From: a virus
Reading direction: 5' to 3' (one strand)
Length of the DNA stretch: 64,000 nucleotides
Virus record (IMG/VR): IMGVR_UViG_3300025138_000014
Coordinates: 87,330-151,329 of that record
Shown here: piece after piece, positions 38,760-48,816 of the stretch
Layout: each line of letters starts with the position of its first letter
How positions within the stretch are numbered: position 1 is the stretch's first letter
Program-made: the position numbers and the translations under genes
Notes under the pieces: generated by a model
The model's database searches: none
Told to the model about the DNA's origin: nothing
The model's input: only the letters and a program-made list of their open reading frames with translations

Positions 38760-39548
38760 ATGAAGAGATTAATATATCAGGTTTATGTAGGTAAACGATC
38801 TAAACTATATGATCACTGTGTAAAGTCAGTACAAGATTATTGTGACAAATATGGAATTGATTATCATATACAAACTCAACCAAAGCTGAGAATCACGCCT
38901 GATGTTTTCTCTACAAATCGTAGCCCGGAGTCCTATGGACGTCTGGGCTACTTGCCTATTTATGAGAAAGAAAATGCTTTTGAATACTTAGATAAGTATG
39001 ATCAAGTTGCTATTATTGATTCAGATGTTTATATTAGACCAGACGCACCTAATGTATTTGATACAATAAATAAAGATGTTGATTTTGCAGGTGTTCTTGA
39101 AAAAGAAATGCCTTGTACTGACGAATACTTTCGTAAAATTATGAATTATTCAAGAATGCAATACTCACAACCAAAGGCTCTGCATAACTTATTTGACTGG
39201 GGTAAAAATGGGTGTGCTGATTTCTACAATATGGGTATTATGATATTGAACAAATCTATCACTAGGTTTATTTTTCCAGATAGCCCATTATCATTTATTA
39301 GACGACCACAGTTTAAACCTTTTGTAGATGGTCTTGGAGCATGGAAGTGGTCTACAGATCAGACATTACTAAATTTCTGGGTAAAGAAAACCGATATGAA
39401 AGTTCAAAACTTATCTTATGAATGGAATGGTTTATATTCTGCAATACCAAAAGATAAGATTAAACAAGCACATTTTGTACACTTTTTCTTAAAAGATAAA
39501 TTACCAGAACGTGGCGAGAATGTTCCGGAGTTAATGAAGAATGTCTAA
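38760..39548 (+). CDS. GT-A glycosyltransferase (GT8/GT34-like)
   Basis: IIDSDV, YNMG, DQTLLN, WN, HFF. Confidence 0.8.
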   Translation: MKRLIYQVYVGKRSKLYDHCVKSVQDYCDKYGIDYHIQTQPKLRITPDVFSTNRSPESYGRLGYLPIYEKENAFEYLDKYDQVAIIDSDVYIRPDAPNVFDTINKDVDFAGVLEKEMPCTDEYFRKIMNYSRMQYSQPKALHNLFDWGKNGCADFYNMGIMILNKSITRFIFPDSPLSFIRRPQFKPFVDGLGAWKWSTDQTLLNFWVKKTDMKVQNLSYEWNGLYSAIPKDKIKQAHFVHFFLKDKLPERGENVPELMKNV

Positions 39549-40218
39549 AAATATTATCCTACAACACTTTGATGGTGAGTTAAGAGAACTCGACAAACTA
39601 TCAATGGAAAATATTAAAGCATATGCAGATAGTGTTGGTGCAGATTACCAGTTGGTTACAGGAAAGCCGTTTAGAGAACATCTAACGTCTCCGTGCCAAA
39701 AAGTATTTATGATAGATGAGAAATGGGACGAATACGACCAGGTTTTAATGTTAGACATTGATATGTTTGCAACTAAAAAGTGTCCAGATATATTTACAAC
39801 TGAAAAGGGTATTGGTCTTTATAATCCTATACAACAAGGTTTGCATAGAAAGATTGTAAATCAATACGGAATGCAATCATCTAGAATGTCTCCATATTGG
39901 GGCGGCGCAATCTATAAAATACATAAACATATGAGACAAAGTTTGCGTAAATGTTTAGGTGGAAACGAACAATGGATGAATGTATATAATCAGCCCTATC
40001 ATTTTGAAGATGAAGGAATATTTCATACTCTTGCTATGAGAGCAGGCATTGGTTATATTTCTTCATTGAATATGGATCCACGTTGGTGTTATGATAACTA
40101 TCTGCCCGAACCAGAGAATGCATATATGATACACATTAGAACTAAAATTACACCAAATGGACCGAAACAAGAAAAGATTAAAAATTACCAAGAAATGGTT
40201 AAAAGAGGTATATTATGA
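39541..40218 (+). CDS. GT-A glycosyltransferase
   Basis: YADSVGADY, LDIDMF, DEG, H near C-terminus. Confidence 0.72.
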   Translation: MSKNIILQHFDGELRELDKLSMENIKAYADSVGADYQLVTGKPFREHLTSPCQKVFMIDEKWDEYDQVLMLDIDMFATKKCPDIFTTEKGIGLYNPIQQGLHRKIVNQYGMQSSRMSPYWGGAIYKIHKHMRQSLRKCLGGNEQWMNVYNQPYHFEDEGIFHTLAMRAGIGYISSLNMDPRWCYDNYLPEPENAYMIHIRTKITPNGPKQEKIKNYQEMVKRGIL

Positions 40219-41015
40219 AAAATCTAATCTATCAAGTTTGGGCTGGTGAATTAAGACCAGGCTGTAAGCACTCATCTAAACTTATGAAAGCCTATGCTGA
40301 TAGAATTGGTGCAGACTACAGACTAGACATTGATCCAAACATTGCTTCGGCAGTATGTGATGTGCCAATGTATTTTGAATGGTTGAATCCTATGCTTGAT
40401 GATTCTTTTTTAGAGTATGATAATGTTCTAGTTGTGGACTTAGATATATTTCCAACTACTAACTGTAGAAATATATTTGAAGAGGCTTACTTAGACGTTG
40501 GTATTTGCACTGAACCATTTCAAGGTAAATATAGAGCATCTACAATTATTGGTGGCCATATAGGAATAGTTAACGAAGAAAAGTGGTTTACATCTGTCCA
40601 AAAACAGTATAAAATAAATCTACCGAGAGATGCCGATGGTTATCTTAAAGTGTATAATGCTGGAATGGTTTTATTCTCTAACAAAGGTCTACAGAAATGT
40701 AGAGAAAAGTTTGAAACTTTCCAGAAATATATTAACTATATGAGAACGCAAAAACTAGGAAGATTTTATACTGTAGACCAAAATTACTTTCATGTAATGA
40801 TGTGTCAACATTTAGATTATACCGAGATGAGCAACGAATGGAATTGCTATATACACTACACAAGAGGTCCTCTTGGACTAACACAGCCTATTCATGATGG
40901 TAGAGGACCAGACCCGCAGTTTGTACACATACAACTATCGGGAGCAGACTTTTTTAATAATACAAAACTTGATCTAATTACAAACCAAAAACAGGAGAAT
41001 TGGGGGTTAGAGTGA
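40215..41015 (+). CDS. GT-A glycosyltransferase (GT8-like)
   Basis: YADRIGADY, VDLDIF, NAGMVL, DQNY, WN, FVH. Confidence 0.78.
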   Translation: MKNLIYQVWAGELRPGCKHSSKLMKAYADRIGADYRLDIDPNIASAVCDVPMYFEWLNPMLDDSFLEYDNVLVVDLDIFPTTNCRNIFEEAYLDVGICTEPFQGKYRASTIIGGHIGIVNEEKWFTSVQKQYKINLPRDADGYLKVYNAGMVLFSNKGLQKCREKFETFQKYINYMRTQKLGRFYTVDQNYFHVMMCQHLDYTEMSNEWNCYIHYTRGPLGLTQPIHDGRGPDPQFVHIQLSGADFFNNTKLDLITNQKQENWGLE

Positions 41016-41740
41016 CACTTTGGCATGATTTTAGAAAAAGAATACATAGTGAATGGAATGGAACTTCAGACTGGTTAAGATGCAGAACTATACAACGATG
41101 TTTGCATCCGGCTCAAATAGTATTAGCTAAAAACCTGTGGGATGAACTTCTGGACACTGAATTGCACGCTGATCATGATTATGGTAATCCAGTCAGACTT
41201 ATAGCAGGCAATAGTTCTGTTAATTTACAACACCACTATTATATAAAGATGATAAAGAAACATATCGGTTCTATTAGTTTTAGCCATATATTGGAAGTTG
41301 GTGGCGGTTATGGTAATCAGTATAGAGTTTTTAAAAAAATGGGATTTCTCGGGCAATGGGAAATAGCAGATTTTCCAGAGTTACTTGAGATACAAAAAGA
41401 TTTTATAGATAGGGTTTGTGAAAATCCTGTTGTAATATATAGTACACTAAATCATTGCTGGAAAGATAGACCAAAGCAATTATTACTTGGAACATTTAGT
41501 CTAAATGAAATGCCATTATGTGATAGAGAAATTTTTGAAAAAAACCTTACAAAATACTCACATATTTTTATAGCACATAACCATGAATTTGATGGTATAG
41601 ATAACTATGAGTATTTTAAAAAATTAAAAGATAGACATTGCTTAGAATATAATATAAAACACTTTAAAGATCCTTTGTACAAATCAGCATGGTTTTGGAT
41701 AGCCAGTAGGGAAGCAAATGAAAATCGAGTTACACAGTAA
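41000..41740 (+). CDS. putative sugar O-methyltransferase
   Basis: ILEVGGGYG, D.PE..IQ, FSLNEM. Confidence 0.75.
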   Translation: MGVRVTLWHDFRKRIHSEWNGTSDWLRCRTIQRCLHPAQIVLAKNLWDELLDTELHADHDYGNPVRLIAGNSSVNLQHHYYIKMIKKHIGSISFSHILEVGGGYGNQYRVFKKMGFLGQWEIADFPELLEIQKDFIDRVCENPVVIYSTLNHCWKDRPKQLLLGTFSLNEMPLCDREIFEKNLTKYSHIFIAHNHEFDGIDNYEYFKKLKDRHCLEYNIKHFKDPLYKSAWFWIASREANENRVTQ

Positions 41741-41864
41741 TGAAGACCCCACAAGAAAAGAACTGACTAAAATGTTTAGGGATATGAAATTAGAATATCA
41801 TGTAACCAGCGAAGTCGACGGACTTTTAAACGTACATTTTATAGTTAAGCCAGAAAGCAAATAA

Positions 41865-42437
41865 ATGATTAATGTGAATTTGAGCCACGTGAAAAACGTA
41901 GCAGAGTTTTATAAAGATATAAGAGCGGGACAAGAAGCAGAACACGGAAAAGATTATTGTGCACAACATGATGCAATTAAAAAATATTTTAACCTTGGTT
42001 ATGGCTGTACTTCTTATAAAGAATTAGGAGTACATCAAGGTGGTACCGCAGCAAATGCTATGTTGATGGGTGCAAAATATATTGAACTTGTAGATATTAG
42101 TATGGTCAAATATAATAAATATCTGAGACCACTAGCTGCTAAGCATTGTAAAGATAATGATATTGATCTCGTAATTAGAGAGGCTGACTCAACTGGTCTT
42201 GGTTCTATTGGAAAAGCAGTAGATATGATGTTAATTGATTCAGTACACAAATGGTTTCATACCGAAAAAGAATTAACCCTTCACGCCAATAATGTAAAAA
42301 AATATATTGTGTTTCACGATACTGCAACTTGTCACGATATTGCTAATGGAGTTGAACATTGGTGTGAGACTAAGCCGTGGAAGATTATTGAAATCGGAAA
42401 AGCAAACGTAGGCTATACAGTAATAGAAAGAATTTAA
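41865..42437 (+). CDS. class I SAM methyltransferase (Methyltransf_24-like)
   Basis: ELGVHQG, LIDSVH, VFHDT. Confidence 0.75.
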   Translation: MINVNLSHVKNVAEFYKDIRAGQEAEHGKDYCAQHDAIKKYFNLGYGCTSYKELGVHQGGTAANAMLMGAKYIELVDISMVKYNKYLRPLAAKHCKDNDIDLVIREADSTGLGSIGKAVDMMLIDSVHKWFHTEKELTLHANNVKKYIVFHDTATCHDIANGVEHWCETKPWKIIEIGKANVGYTVIERI

Positions 42438-42664
42438 TGTTTACTGTAGAACACGAATTTGACTACACTAGCGTTACTATTTTGGATAATGCAGCTCAAG
42501 CTGACGATGTGGAACTAATCTTTGATGATGAATATGTTTATATAAGACAGTATGACAATGAAGATGATTTCAACATTGTCGTGATAACAAATTCTATGTT
42601 TGAAGAAATGATTGCATCTTATTGTAGCCCTGAGGGTTCTTTCATGACAAGGGATAAATCATGA
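42437..42664 (+). CDS. small acidic hypothetical protein
   Basis: MFTVEHEFD; TAATG coupling. Confidence 0.65.
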   Translation: MFTVEHEFDYTSVTILDNAAQADDVELIFDDEYVYIRQYDNEDDFNIVVITNSMFEEMIASYCSPEGSFMTRDKS

Positions 42665-43353
42665 CTGCTCATATTATAACAATCAAAGATCATCCTATAT
42701 CAGAAAATGCCGCCCATGAGTGTATAAAGTCCTCTTGGAGTAGAAATAATGAATTTAAATGTAAATCGTTTAAGGCAACTACACCTGTAGAAGCAGAACA
42801 AGAGTTAGTAGATTTCAAACTTAAATGGAATTACCCGTGGGAAGGATCAATAATAGACCTTTCAACTGGACTCACAAAGTCTGCATATAAAACTAGAAAT
42901 CAACTTGCTCGTGTAGCATGTTCATTGAGTCATTTTAAACTATGGGTTAAATGTTTTGAAATAAGAGAACCAATTATAGTATGTGAGCATGATGCTATTT
43001 GGACCAATAAACTTCCATTACAAAAACTATTAGAGAATAGGTTCCATATTATCGGAATCAATAACCCTCTCGGCGCAACACGTAGGTCGAGACAATACCA
43101 CGATACAATCCAGTCATCATTAGCAGAAGTACAAGAAGTGCCATGGATAGATGAAAAGAATATCCCTCAGGGGTTAGCTGGTAATTCAGCATATATCCTA
43201 AAGCCAGAAGGTGCTGAAGCATTAATATCGGCCGCGTATAGATATGGGTTGTGGCCCAATGATGCACTGATGTGTAAACAGTTAATAAGAAACTTAGGCG
43301 TGACACGCACGTTTTACACAGGACTACAGAAAACCCTATCAACAACAACTTAA
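42661..43353 (+). CDS. GT25-like glycosyltransferase
   Basis: ACSLSHFKLW, EHDA, GNSAY...GA..L, PND. Confidence 0.8.
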   Translation: MTAHIITIKDHPISENAAHECIKSSWSRNNEFKCKSFKATTPVEAEQELVDFKLKWNYPWEGSIIDLSTGLTKSAYKTRNQLARVACSLSHFKLWVKCFEIREPIIVCEHDAIWTNKLPLQKLLENRFHIIGINNPLGATRRSRQYHDTIQSSLAEVQEVPWIDEKNIPQGLAGNSAYILKPEGAEALISAAYRYGLWPNDALMCKQLIRNLGVTRTFYTGLQKTLSTTT

Positions 43354-43375
43354 TAGAAAGAGAACACATAGGAAA

Positions 43376-44434
43376 ATGATTAAAGTTTTAACAATCGTAG
43401 CAGCAGCAATGTTAGCGACAAGCGCATGGGCTGGGGATAAAGTTAAAGTAGGTTTCATTTACGTTGGACCAACTGGAGATCATGGTTGGACTTATCGTCA
43501 TGATATCGGCCGTCAAGATGTAGAAGAACATTTTGGAGATAAAGTAGAAACTTTTTATGTTGAAAGTGTTGCAGAAGGGCCAGACGCAGAAAGAGTGATT
43601 CGTGGTATGGTTCTACAAGGCGCTGATATTATCTTTACAACTTCTTTTGGCTATATGGATGCAACAGCAAAAATGGCTAGAGAATATCCACATGTAAAAT
43701 TTGAACATGCAACTGGATATAAACAATCCGAGAATATGTCTAGTTATGCACTTCGTTTGTATCAAGCACGTCACGTTCAAGGAGTTATTGCAGGTCTTAT
43801 GACTAAATCAGATAAGATTTGTTATATCGGTGCATATCCAATCCCAGAAGTTATCCGTCATATCAACACATATTTTATGGGCGCTCGAAGTGTAAATCCT
43901 GATGTTGATATGGATGTTATTTGGGTAAACACTTGGTATAATCCTGGAAAAGAATCAGATGCAGCTAAAGTTCTAATGTCACAAGGTTGTGATATGGTTG
44001 CACAACATACTGATTCACCTGCTCCTATTCAAGCGGCTGAACAACAAGGTAGATTTGGTTTTGGCCAAGCATCGGATCAAATTAGATTTGCGCCAAAATC
44101 ACAGCTAACTGCAACTATTGATAATTGGTCTCCATACTATATTCGTAAAGTTGGAGCAGTTATTGATGGAACTTGGGAAAGTGAAAACTATTTCGGTGGA
44201 GTAGCAGGAGGTGGTGTTGTTATGGCTCCATTTACAAATATGCCGTTTGCTGTTCGTGCTAAAGCTGCTAATCTTTTACAACGGATTAGTGACGGAGAGT
44301 ATTTTGCCTTTACTGGACCCATTAAAGATCAAGCAGGTGAAATTCGTATCCCAGAAGGTCATATTGCTACAGATATGGAACTAAATACTATGGATTATTA
44401 TGTCGAAGGTATTACGGCAAAGTTTCCTCTATAA
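43376..44434 (+). CDS. BMP-family ABC transporter substrate-binding protein
   Basis: Signal peptide; GFIYVGP.GD.GW, FTTSFGY, PIPEV, WY.P..E, QHTDSP. Confidence 0.92.
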   Translation: MIKVLTIVAAAMLATSAWAGDKVKVGFIYVGPTGDHGWTYRHDIGRQDVEEHFGDKVETFYVESVAEGPDAERVIRGMVLQGADIIFTTSFGYMDATAKMAREYPHVKFEHATGYKQSENMSSYALRLYQARHVQGVIAGLMTKSDKICYIGAYPIPEVIRHINTYFMGARSVNPDVDMDVIWVNTWYNPGKESDAAKVLMSQGCDMVAQHTDSPAPIQAAEQQGRFGFGQASDQIRFAPKSQLTATIDNWSPYYIRKVGAVIDGTWESENYFGGVAGGGVVMAPFTNMPFAVRAKAANLLQRISDGEYFAFTGPIKDQAGEIRIPEGHIATDMELNTMDYYVEGITAKFPL

Positions 44435-44441
44435 AAATATT

Positions 44442-44467
44442 AGGGGGCAGTTAGCTGCCTCCTTTTT
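44442..44467 (+). terminator. rho-independent terminator
   Basis: AGGGGGCAG-TTAG-CTGCCTCC-TTTTT. Confidence 0.8.
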
Positions 44468-44492
44468 ACAACATAATGAAAAGAAAATATCT

Positions 44493-45338
44493 ATGATTGA
44501 TAAAATTTATATACCAACTGCCTGTAGAGTTGATAAGCAAATAACATATAATAACTTGCCAAAAGAGTTGCAAGATAAAGTTGTGTTTGTTGTACAAGAG
44601 TGGGAAAGAGATCAGTATACACTTGATGCCGAGTACCTGGTACTTCCACCAGAGATTACACTTACTTCTAAAAATGCTTTGTCACGTACTCGTAAGATTA
44701 TCTATGAGACTGCTAAAGATACCCGTTATGCAATGCTAGATGATGATATGCATTTCCAACGTAGGAATTCAAAGTATTGGAACGGTGTTTCTAATATGGA
44801 GAAATCATGCCAGAAATGTACTGATGATGATATTATTGAAATGTTTGAATTATTTGATAGTTGGTTAGATCAAGGTTTTACTTTTTGTGGTCCAGCTCAA
44901 AAGAATAATCCACCCACAGGAAATTTATACCAAGATAATTGTTCTATGTCTGGCTTCTATGTATTTAATGGATATGATTGGAAAGACATAATTGATGATC
45001 TAAAGGTAGATCAAGTAAGAGTTGCAGAGGATGTTCTACTTATCATAGGACTATTAAACCGTGGGTATTCTAATCGTACAAGCCAAGAGTTTATTCAAAG
45101 CAATCAAAGTTATGCTTCTAAGTCGGAGAAATCAGTCCTTTGGGATGAAACCGAAGTTGCTGAAGTCAATGAGAATCATATTTTTATTAATAGTATGTAC
45201 CCAAAATATTTTAAAATTTTACGTGATGAAAACGGTGATAGGATACCAGGCGGCTTCAGAGACGTTGGTAAAACTAAAATTAGCTGGAGTCAAGCCTATA
45301 AGGACTCCCAACTCAATTCTTTATCGGAGTTCTTTTAA
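44493..45338 (+). CDS. second TAGT-like glycosyltransferase with clamp-type C-terminal tail
   Basis: IYIPT..R, R..I, MLDDDM, AED, ISW..AY; ends NSLSEFF. Confidence 0.72.
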   Translation: MIDKIYIPTACRVDKQITYNNLPKELQDKVVFVVQEWERDQYTLDAEYLVLPPEITLTSKNALSRTRKIIYETAKDTRYAMLDDDMHFQRRNSKYWNGVSNMEKSCQKCTDDDIIEMFELFDSWLDQGFTFCGPAQKNNPPTGNLYQDNCSMSGFYVFNGYDWKDIIDDLKVDQVRVAEDVLLIIGLLNRGYSNRTSQEFIQSNQSYASKSEKSVLWDETEVAEVNENHIFINSMYPKYFKILRDENGDRIPGGFRDVGKTKISWSQAYKDSQLNSLSEFF

Positions 45339-45754
45339 TTACACATTTATTTCAAAAGATTAATTTTATTAGTCACGCAGGTCTTCCTATGACATGGAAA
45401 ATTGAGTGCGATGCTATTTCACCAGATGAGTGGAAATGCCTTGCCATGATGATTAGAGAAAATGAACCACAAAATTGGCAGAAAGCTGTTGGCATTCCAC
45501 GTGGAGGATGTCCACTTGGAGAAGCATTAGATGAATATAGTACAGGTGTTTCAACGGATCCTGTTCTAATAGCCGATGATGTTTACACAACAGGAATGAG
45601 TCAAAAAGTATTTAAAGAGGAGCATTATAAAGATATAGCCACTATACAATGGGTAGTGTTTTCTCGTGAACCAACAGTCGGTAAAGTTAAAGCACTCTTT
45701 ACAATGCCTAATAGGTCTAAACATAAATCTCTTATCCCAGCAATATATGAATAA
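45338..45754 (+). CDS. type I phosphoribosyltransferase (probable ATT start at 45338; first ATG 45389)
   Basis: FISHAGLPMTWKIECDA, GIPRGG, LIADDVYTTG PRPP loop. Confidence 0.8.
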   Translation: MTHLFQKINFISHAGLPMTWKIECDAISPDEWKCLAMMIRENEPQNWQKAVGIPRGGCPLGEALDEYSTGVSTDPVLIADDVYTTGMSQKVFKEEHYKDIATIQWVVFSREPTVGKVKALFTMPNRSKHKSLIPAIYE

Positions 45755-45780
45755 CTATCTAAAGTATAGTTAGGCGATTG

Positions 45781-45788
45781 TATAAATA
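45781..45788 (+). promoter_or_regulatory. T4-type late promoter
   Basis: TATAAATA upstream of ORF 45814. Confidence 0.78.
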
Positions 45789-45813
45789 CTACTGACCTAA
45801 GGGAGCCAGTTTT

Positions 45814-46374
45814 ATGCACAAGCTATTGATATTGATATTATTTTTATTACCAACATTTGCTATGTCACAAACAGTTGTAAACACAACAACTGACAGTAAC
45901 AGCGAAGTAGATTCGAAGGGAAGAACAATTGTTATTTCACCTCCGCCCTCAGCTATATCTCCGGGCGTTAGTGGTAATAGCCAAGACTTATGTACAGTTG
46001 GTATATCCGGTGCTGTACAAACCCAAATTTTAGGTATCTCCACTGGTGAGACCATAAGAGATGCTAATTGTGAAAGACTAAAAATATCCAAAACATTATA
46101 TGATTTCGGTATGAAAGTTGCCGCGGTATCAGTATTGTGTCAAGATAGACGAGTACATGATGCTATGGGAATGGCTGGGACTCCATGCCCTTTCAACGGA
46201 AAGATCGGAGAGGACGCTGCTGCCAGCTGGAAACTACCATCTGGTAAGAAGAAAGTTCCTCCACATTTAGTATTGGAGACAAAGAAAGATGTTCAAAAGA
46301 GACAGTGGGAACAGAATAAATCTGTTATCGGCGGTGCTCTGTTGTTTATTATTATGCTTGCCGCAGGCGGCTAA
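45814..46374 (+). CDS. exported Cys-containing protein with C-terminal TM
   Basis: Signal peptide; PPPSAISP, four Cys, AGTPCP; hydrophobic C-terminus. Confidence 0.8.
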   Translation: MHKLLILILFLLPTFAMSQTVVNTTTDSNSEVDSKGRTIVISPPPSAISPGVSGNSQDLCTVGISGAVQTQILGISTGETIRDANCERLKISKTLYDFGMKVAAVSVLCQDRRVHDAMGMAGTPCPFNGKIGEDAAASWKLPSGKKKVPPHLVLETKKDVQKRQWEQNKSVIGGALLFIIMLAAGG

Positions 46375-48493
46375 TAGCCAAACAACTACTAACCCGGACG
46401 ATGGACCCGATGTATCTTTAGAAACAGACGGTATTATAACAAATGGTCTGTGTAATGCTGCTTCCAATTCTCACGTTAATATTCTAACAGGTGACAACCA
46501 TAATTGGGGTTCAGGTGATGTATTACAGTTTGGAGCATGTAATGATACTTTTGCTATAGCAATAGGAATCAATGCCGCATTAGCAGAAGCTGGTAGCGGT
46601 ATTTCTTTGGATAAAGTACACTATAAATGGCAATGGATCAACGGCTGTTTTAATGTAACAAAGCCTGATGGTACTACTATCTATTGTGACGCAGATATTG
46701 AAAATAGATTAGATGAAAATTTTAAACCGACGGGTGAATTTGCTGATCAGTTTGACGATTTAAAAGTTGTAGTGACTATTACTGATTCTAGTGGTGATCT
46801 AGTTGAAACTAGGACTTATGACTATGATACATGGTTTCACTGGCACGAAGAAAATGCTCACAGTGATAACGAAGTACAAGAAGGCAACTCTATCTGGCAA
46901 GTAACCGAAGATGTTATAGAATTATTTAATCACTCAACTGGTTCTGGTACAATTTATTCTCCTGAACAACTCGGCAATTTAACCTTTGTAGTTACTTCTT
47001 CCGATAACGGAAACTGGGATGGATATTATGGACCAGTTGTGAAAGGCGGAGATGCTTGGTTTACCTATAGAGCAAATCCTTGTGAACTGGATACTTTATT
47101 TAATCCATCATGCCCTGGTTATGCAGAAGCGTATGCAACTTACCTTTATAATACAAGTTGTACAGCTAGTCCATTATATGATATTGGCTGCCCTGGTTAT
47201 GCGTTAGCATTTTATAATCAACAGTGTCAAATTGATGCAACATATGATGCTGGTTGTCCTGGTTATGAAAATGCTTATCTATATAAACAATGTAAACTCG
47301 ACGTATTCTATAGCCCGTCATGTGATGGATATGATGCAGCTTATCTATCTCAGCAATGTGCAATAGATGATCTTTATGATAAAGAGTGCCCAAATTATGC
47401 GTCTGCTTACTTAGATCAACAGTGTACTTATGATTCGTTATATGATATTCAATGCCCAATGTATCAAGTTGCTTTATTTAATCAACAGTGTGAGTTAGAT
47501 CCTCAATCAGATATTAGTTGCCCTGACTACAAAACTATAACAGATGCGCCAGATATAGCAGATCCAGTTGCAGATTTAATTAAACCACCAGCAGTTACAG
47601 TAGAAATCATACCAGATATGATGCCTGAAATGGTAGAGGTGCCCATAATAAATATACCATTGCCGCCAGTAATTCCCTTAATGGAAAGGCCTGTAATGGA
47701 ACCAGAAATCACTATGGAATCTCTTGATATAGAGATTGCACAGATGGAGATAGAGTTAAATGAAACCAGACCTGAGGAGCCAATTAAAGAAGTCGATCCC
47801 GGACCAGAGCCAGACACCACAGATACCAGCGGAGAAGGAGATTCTGGATCCGAGCCAGGGCCAGAGCCGGAGCCGGACACAACCGAGTCGGAAGAGAACA
47901 ACGGATCTGAACCAGAGCCTGATGGAGAAAGTGAAGAACCACCCGTTGATGAACCGAGCGAGTCCGAGGATAATGATGGAGAAGAAAAAGACGCTGGGGA
48001 AGATACTAGCACTGAAGGAGACGATGAGACGGATGAGAAAGAAAAACCAGTAGAGGATGAAAAAGATGATGAAACAGATGAAAAAGAAACAGATGACAAA
48101 GATAAAGAAAGTGAAGACGAGGGAGAGGTTAAATCTACAACTGAGACTGATGACAAGCCAGTTAAGAAAGAAAAACCGAAGCCTGAGCCTACTGAGAAAG
48201 AAAAGAAAAACTCAAGAACTAAAAAGATCAAACAACTTATTGCAAGTAAGATAGCAACACTTAAAGCTGAAATTGGAGATGCTAAAACAATTGAAGAGCA
48301 AATGGCTAAACAGTCACAGCTAGTTGCTCTGATAGCATTTGTACCGAATTTTGATTACACCGAAATGGAAGTCCCTAAAACTTTTATGTATCCACCTAAA
48401 CCTACTATAGACCATCAATTTTCTCGGTTCTTCTTAAATGACCCGACCTTTGGTGTTATGGAAGATTTACAGTACCCGAGTCTGAGACAATGA
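46289..48493 (+). CDS. large exported protein: beta-rich domain, Cys repeats, Pro/acidic linker
   Basis: Signal-like LLSAVLCCLLLCLPQAANS; seven C-x9-C-[PD]-x-Y repeats; long E/D/P tract. Confidence 0.82.
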   Translation: MFKRDSGNRINLLSAVLCCLLLCLPQAANSQTTTNPDDGPDVSLETDGIITNGLCNAASNSHVNILTGDNHNWGSGDVLQFGACNDTFAIAIGINAALAEAGSGISLDKVHYKWQWINGCFNVTKPDGTTIYCDADIENRLDENFKPTGEFADQFDDLKVVVTITDSSGDLVETRTYDYDTWFHWHEENAHSDNEVQEGNSIWQVTEDVIELFNHSTGSGTIYSPEQLGNLTFVVTSSDNGNWDGYYGPVVKGGDAWFTYRANPCELDTLFNPSCPGYAEAYATYLYNTSCTASPLYDIGCPGYALAFYNQQCQIDATYDAGCPGYENAYLYKQCKLDVFYSPSCDGYDAAYLSQQCAIDDLYDKECPNYASAYLDQQCTYDSLYDIQCPMYQVALFNQQCELDPQSDISCPDYKTITDAPDIADPVADLIKPPAVTVEIIPDMMPEMVEVPIINIPLPPVIPLMERPVMEPEITMESLDIEIAQMEIELNETRPEEPIKEVDPGPEPDTTDTSGEGDSGSEPGPEPEPDTTESEENNGSEPEPDGESEEPPVDEPSESEDNDGEEKDAGEDTSTEGDDETDEKEKPVEDEKDDETDEKETDDKDKESEDEGEVKSTTETDDKPVKKEKPKPEPTEKEKKNSRTKKIKQLIASKIATLKAEIGDAKTIEEQMAKQSQLVALIAFVPNFDYTEMEVPKTFMYPPKPTIDHQFSRFFLNDPTFGVMEDLQYPSLRQ
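47081..47530 (+). repeat. 7 tandem ~22-aa Cys repeats
   Basis: e.g. CTASPLYDIGCPGYALAFYNQQ, CQIDATYDAGCPGYENAYLYKQ, CAIDDLYDKECPNYASAYLDQQ. Confidence 0.9.
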
Positions 48494-48807
48494 TATTTGG
48501 AATAGTATTAACTTTGCACATGGGTATGGAGGGAAATTATAATCAGTTCCATCCAATAGTTAGCCAGAAGTTTAATCATGGAACTGTTGGCGTCTTTTTA
48601 AATAGTATGGATGATGTAAGTGTATTTGCTTCAAGACAACTTGAGTGGAAACAAATAGAACTAGAATATGGATTGGTATCGGGTTATGATGATATAGCGC
48701 CTGTAGTACCATTTGGTAGATTAAAATATAAAGATTACTTTTTAGCACCAGGTATCGAGAATGGTGGACTAAAAGGTTTTGTAATCGGAAAACAATTTAA
48801 CTTTTAG
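48490..48807 (+). CDS. small putative outer-membrane beta protein
   Basis: GVFLNS, GLVSGY, alternating strands, terminal KQFNF. Confidence 0.55.
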   Translation: MIFGIVLTLHMGMEGNYNQFHPIVSQKFNHGTVGVFLNSMDDVSVFASRQLEWKQIELEYGLVSGYDDIAPVVPFGRLKYKDYFLAPGIENGGLKGFVIGKQFNF

Positions 48808-48816
48808 GATAATAAA

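Noticed and set aside
44400-44492. Extended N-terminus of the second glycosyltransferase
   Set aside because: It crosses the BMP stop and terminator; ATG 44493 is the likely start.
47081-47530. 66-bp periodic repeats as a CRISPR or DGR array
   Set aside because: Conservation is at protein level (Cys/Tyr) with divergent DNA; no reverse transcriptase in the window.
47527-48231. 234-aa Ser-rich minus-strand ORF and + strand alternates 47760-48053 and 48057-48254
   Set aside because: Shadows of the low-complexity acidic tract in ORF 46289.
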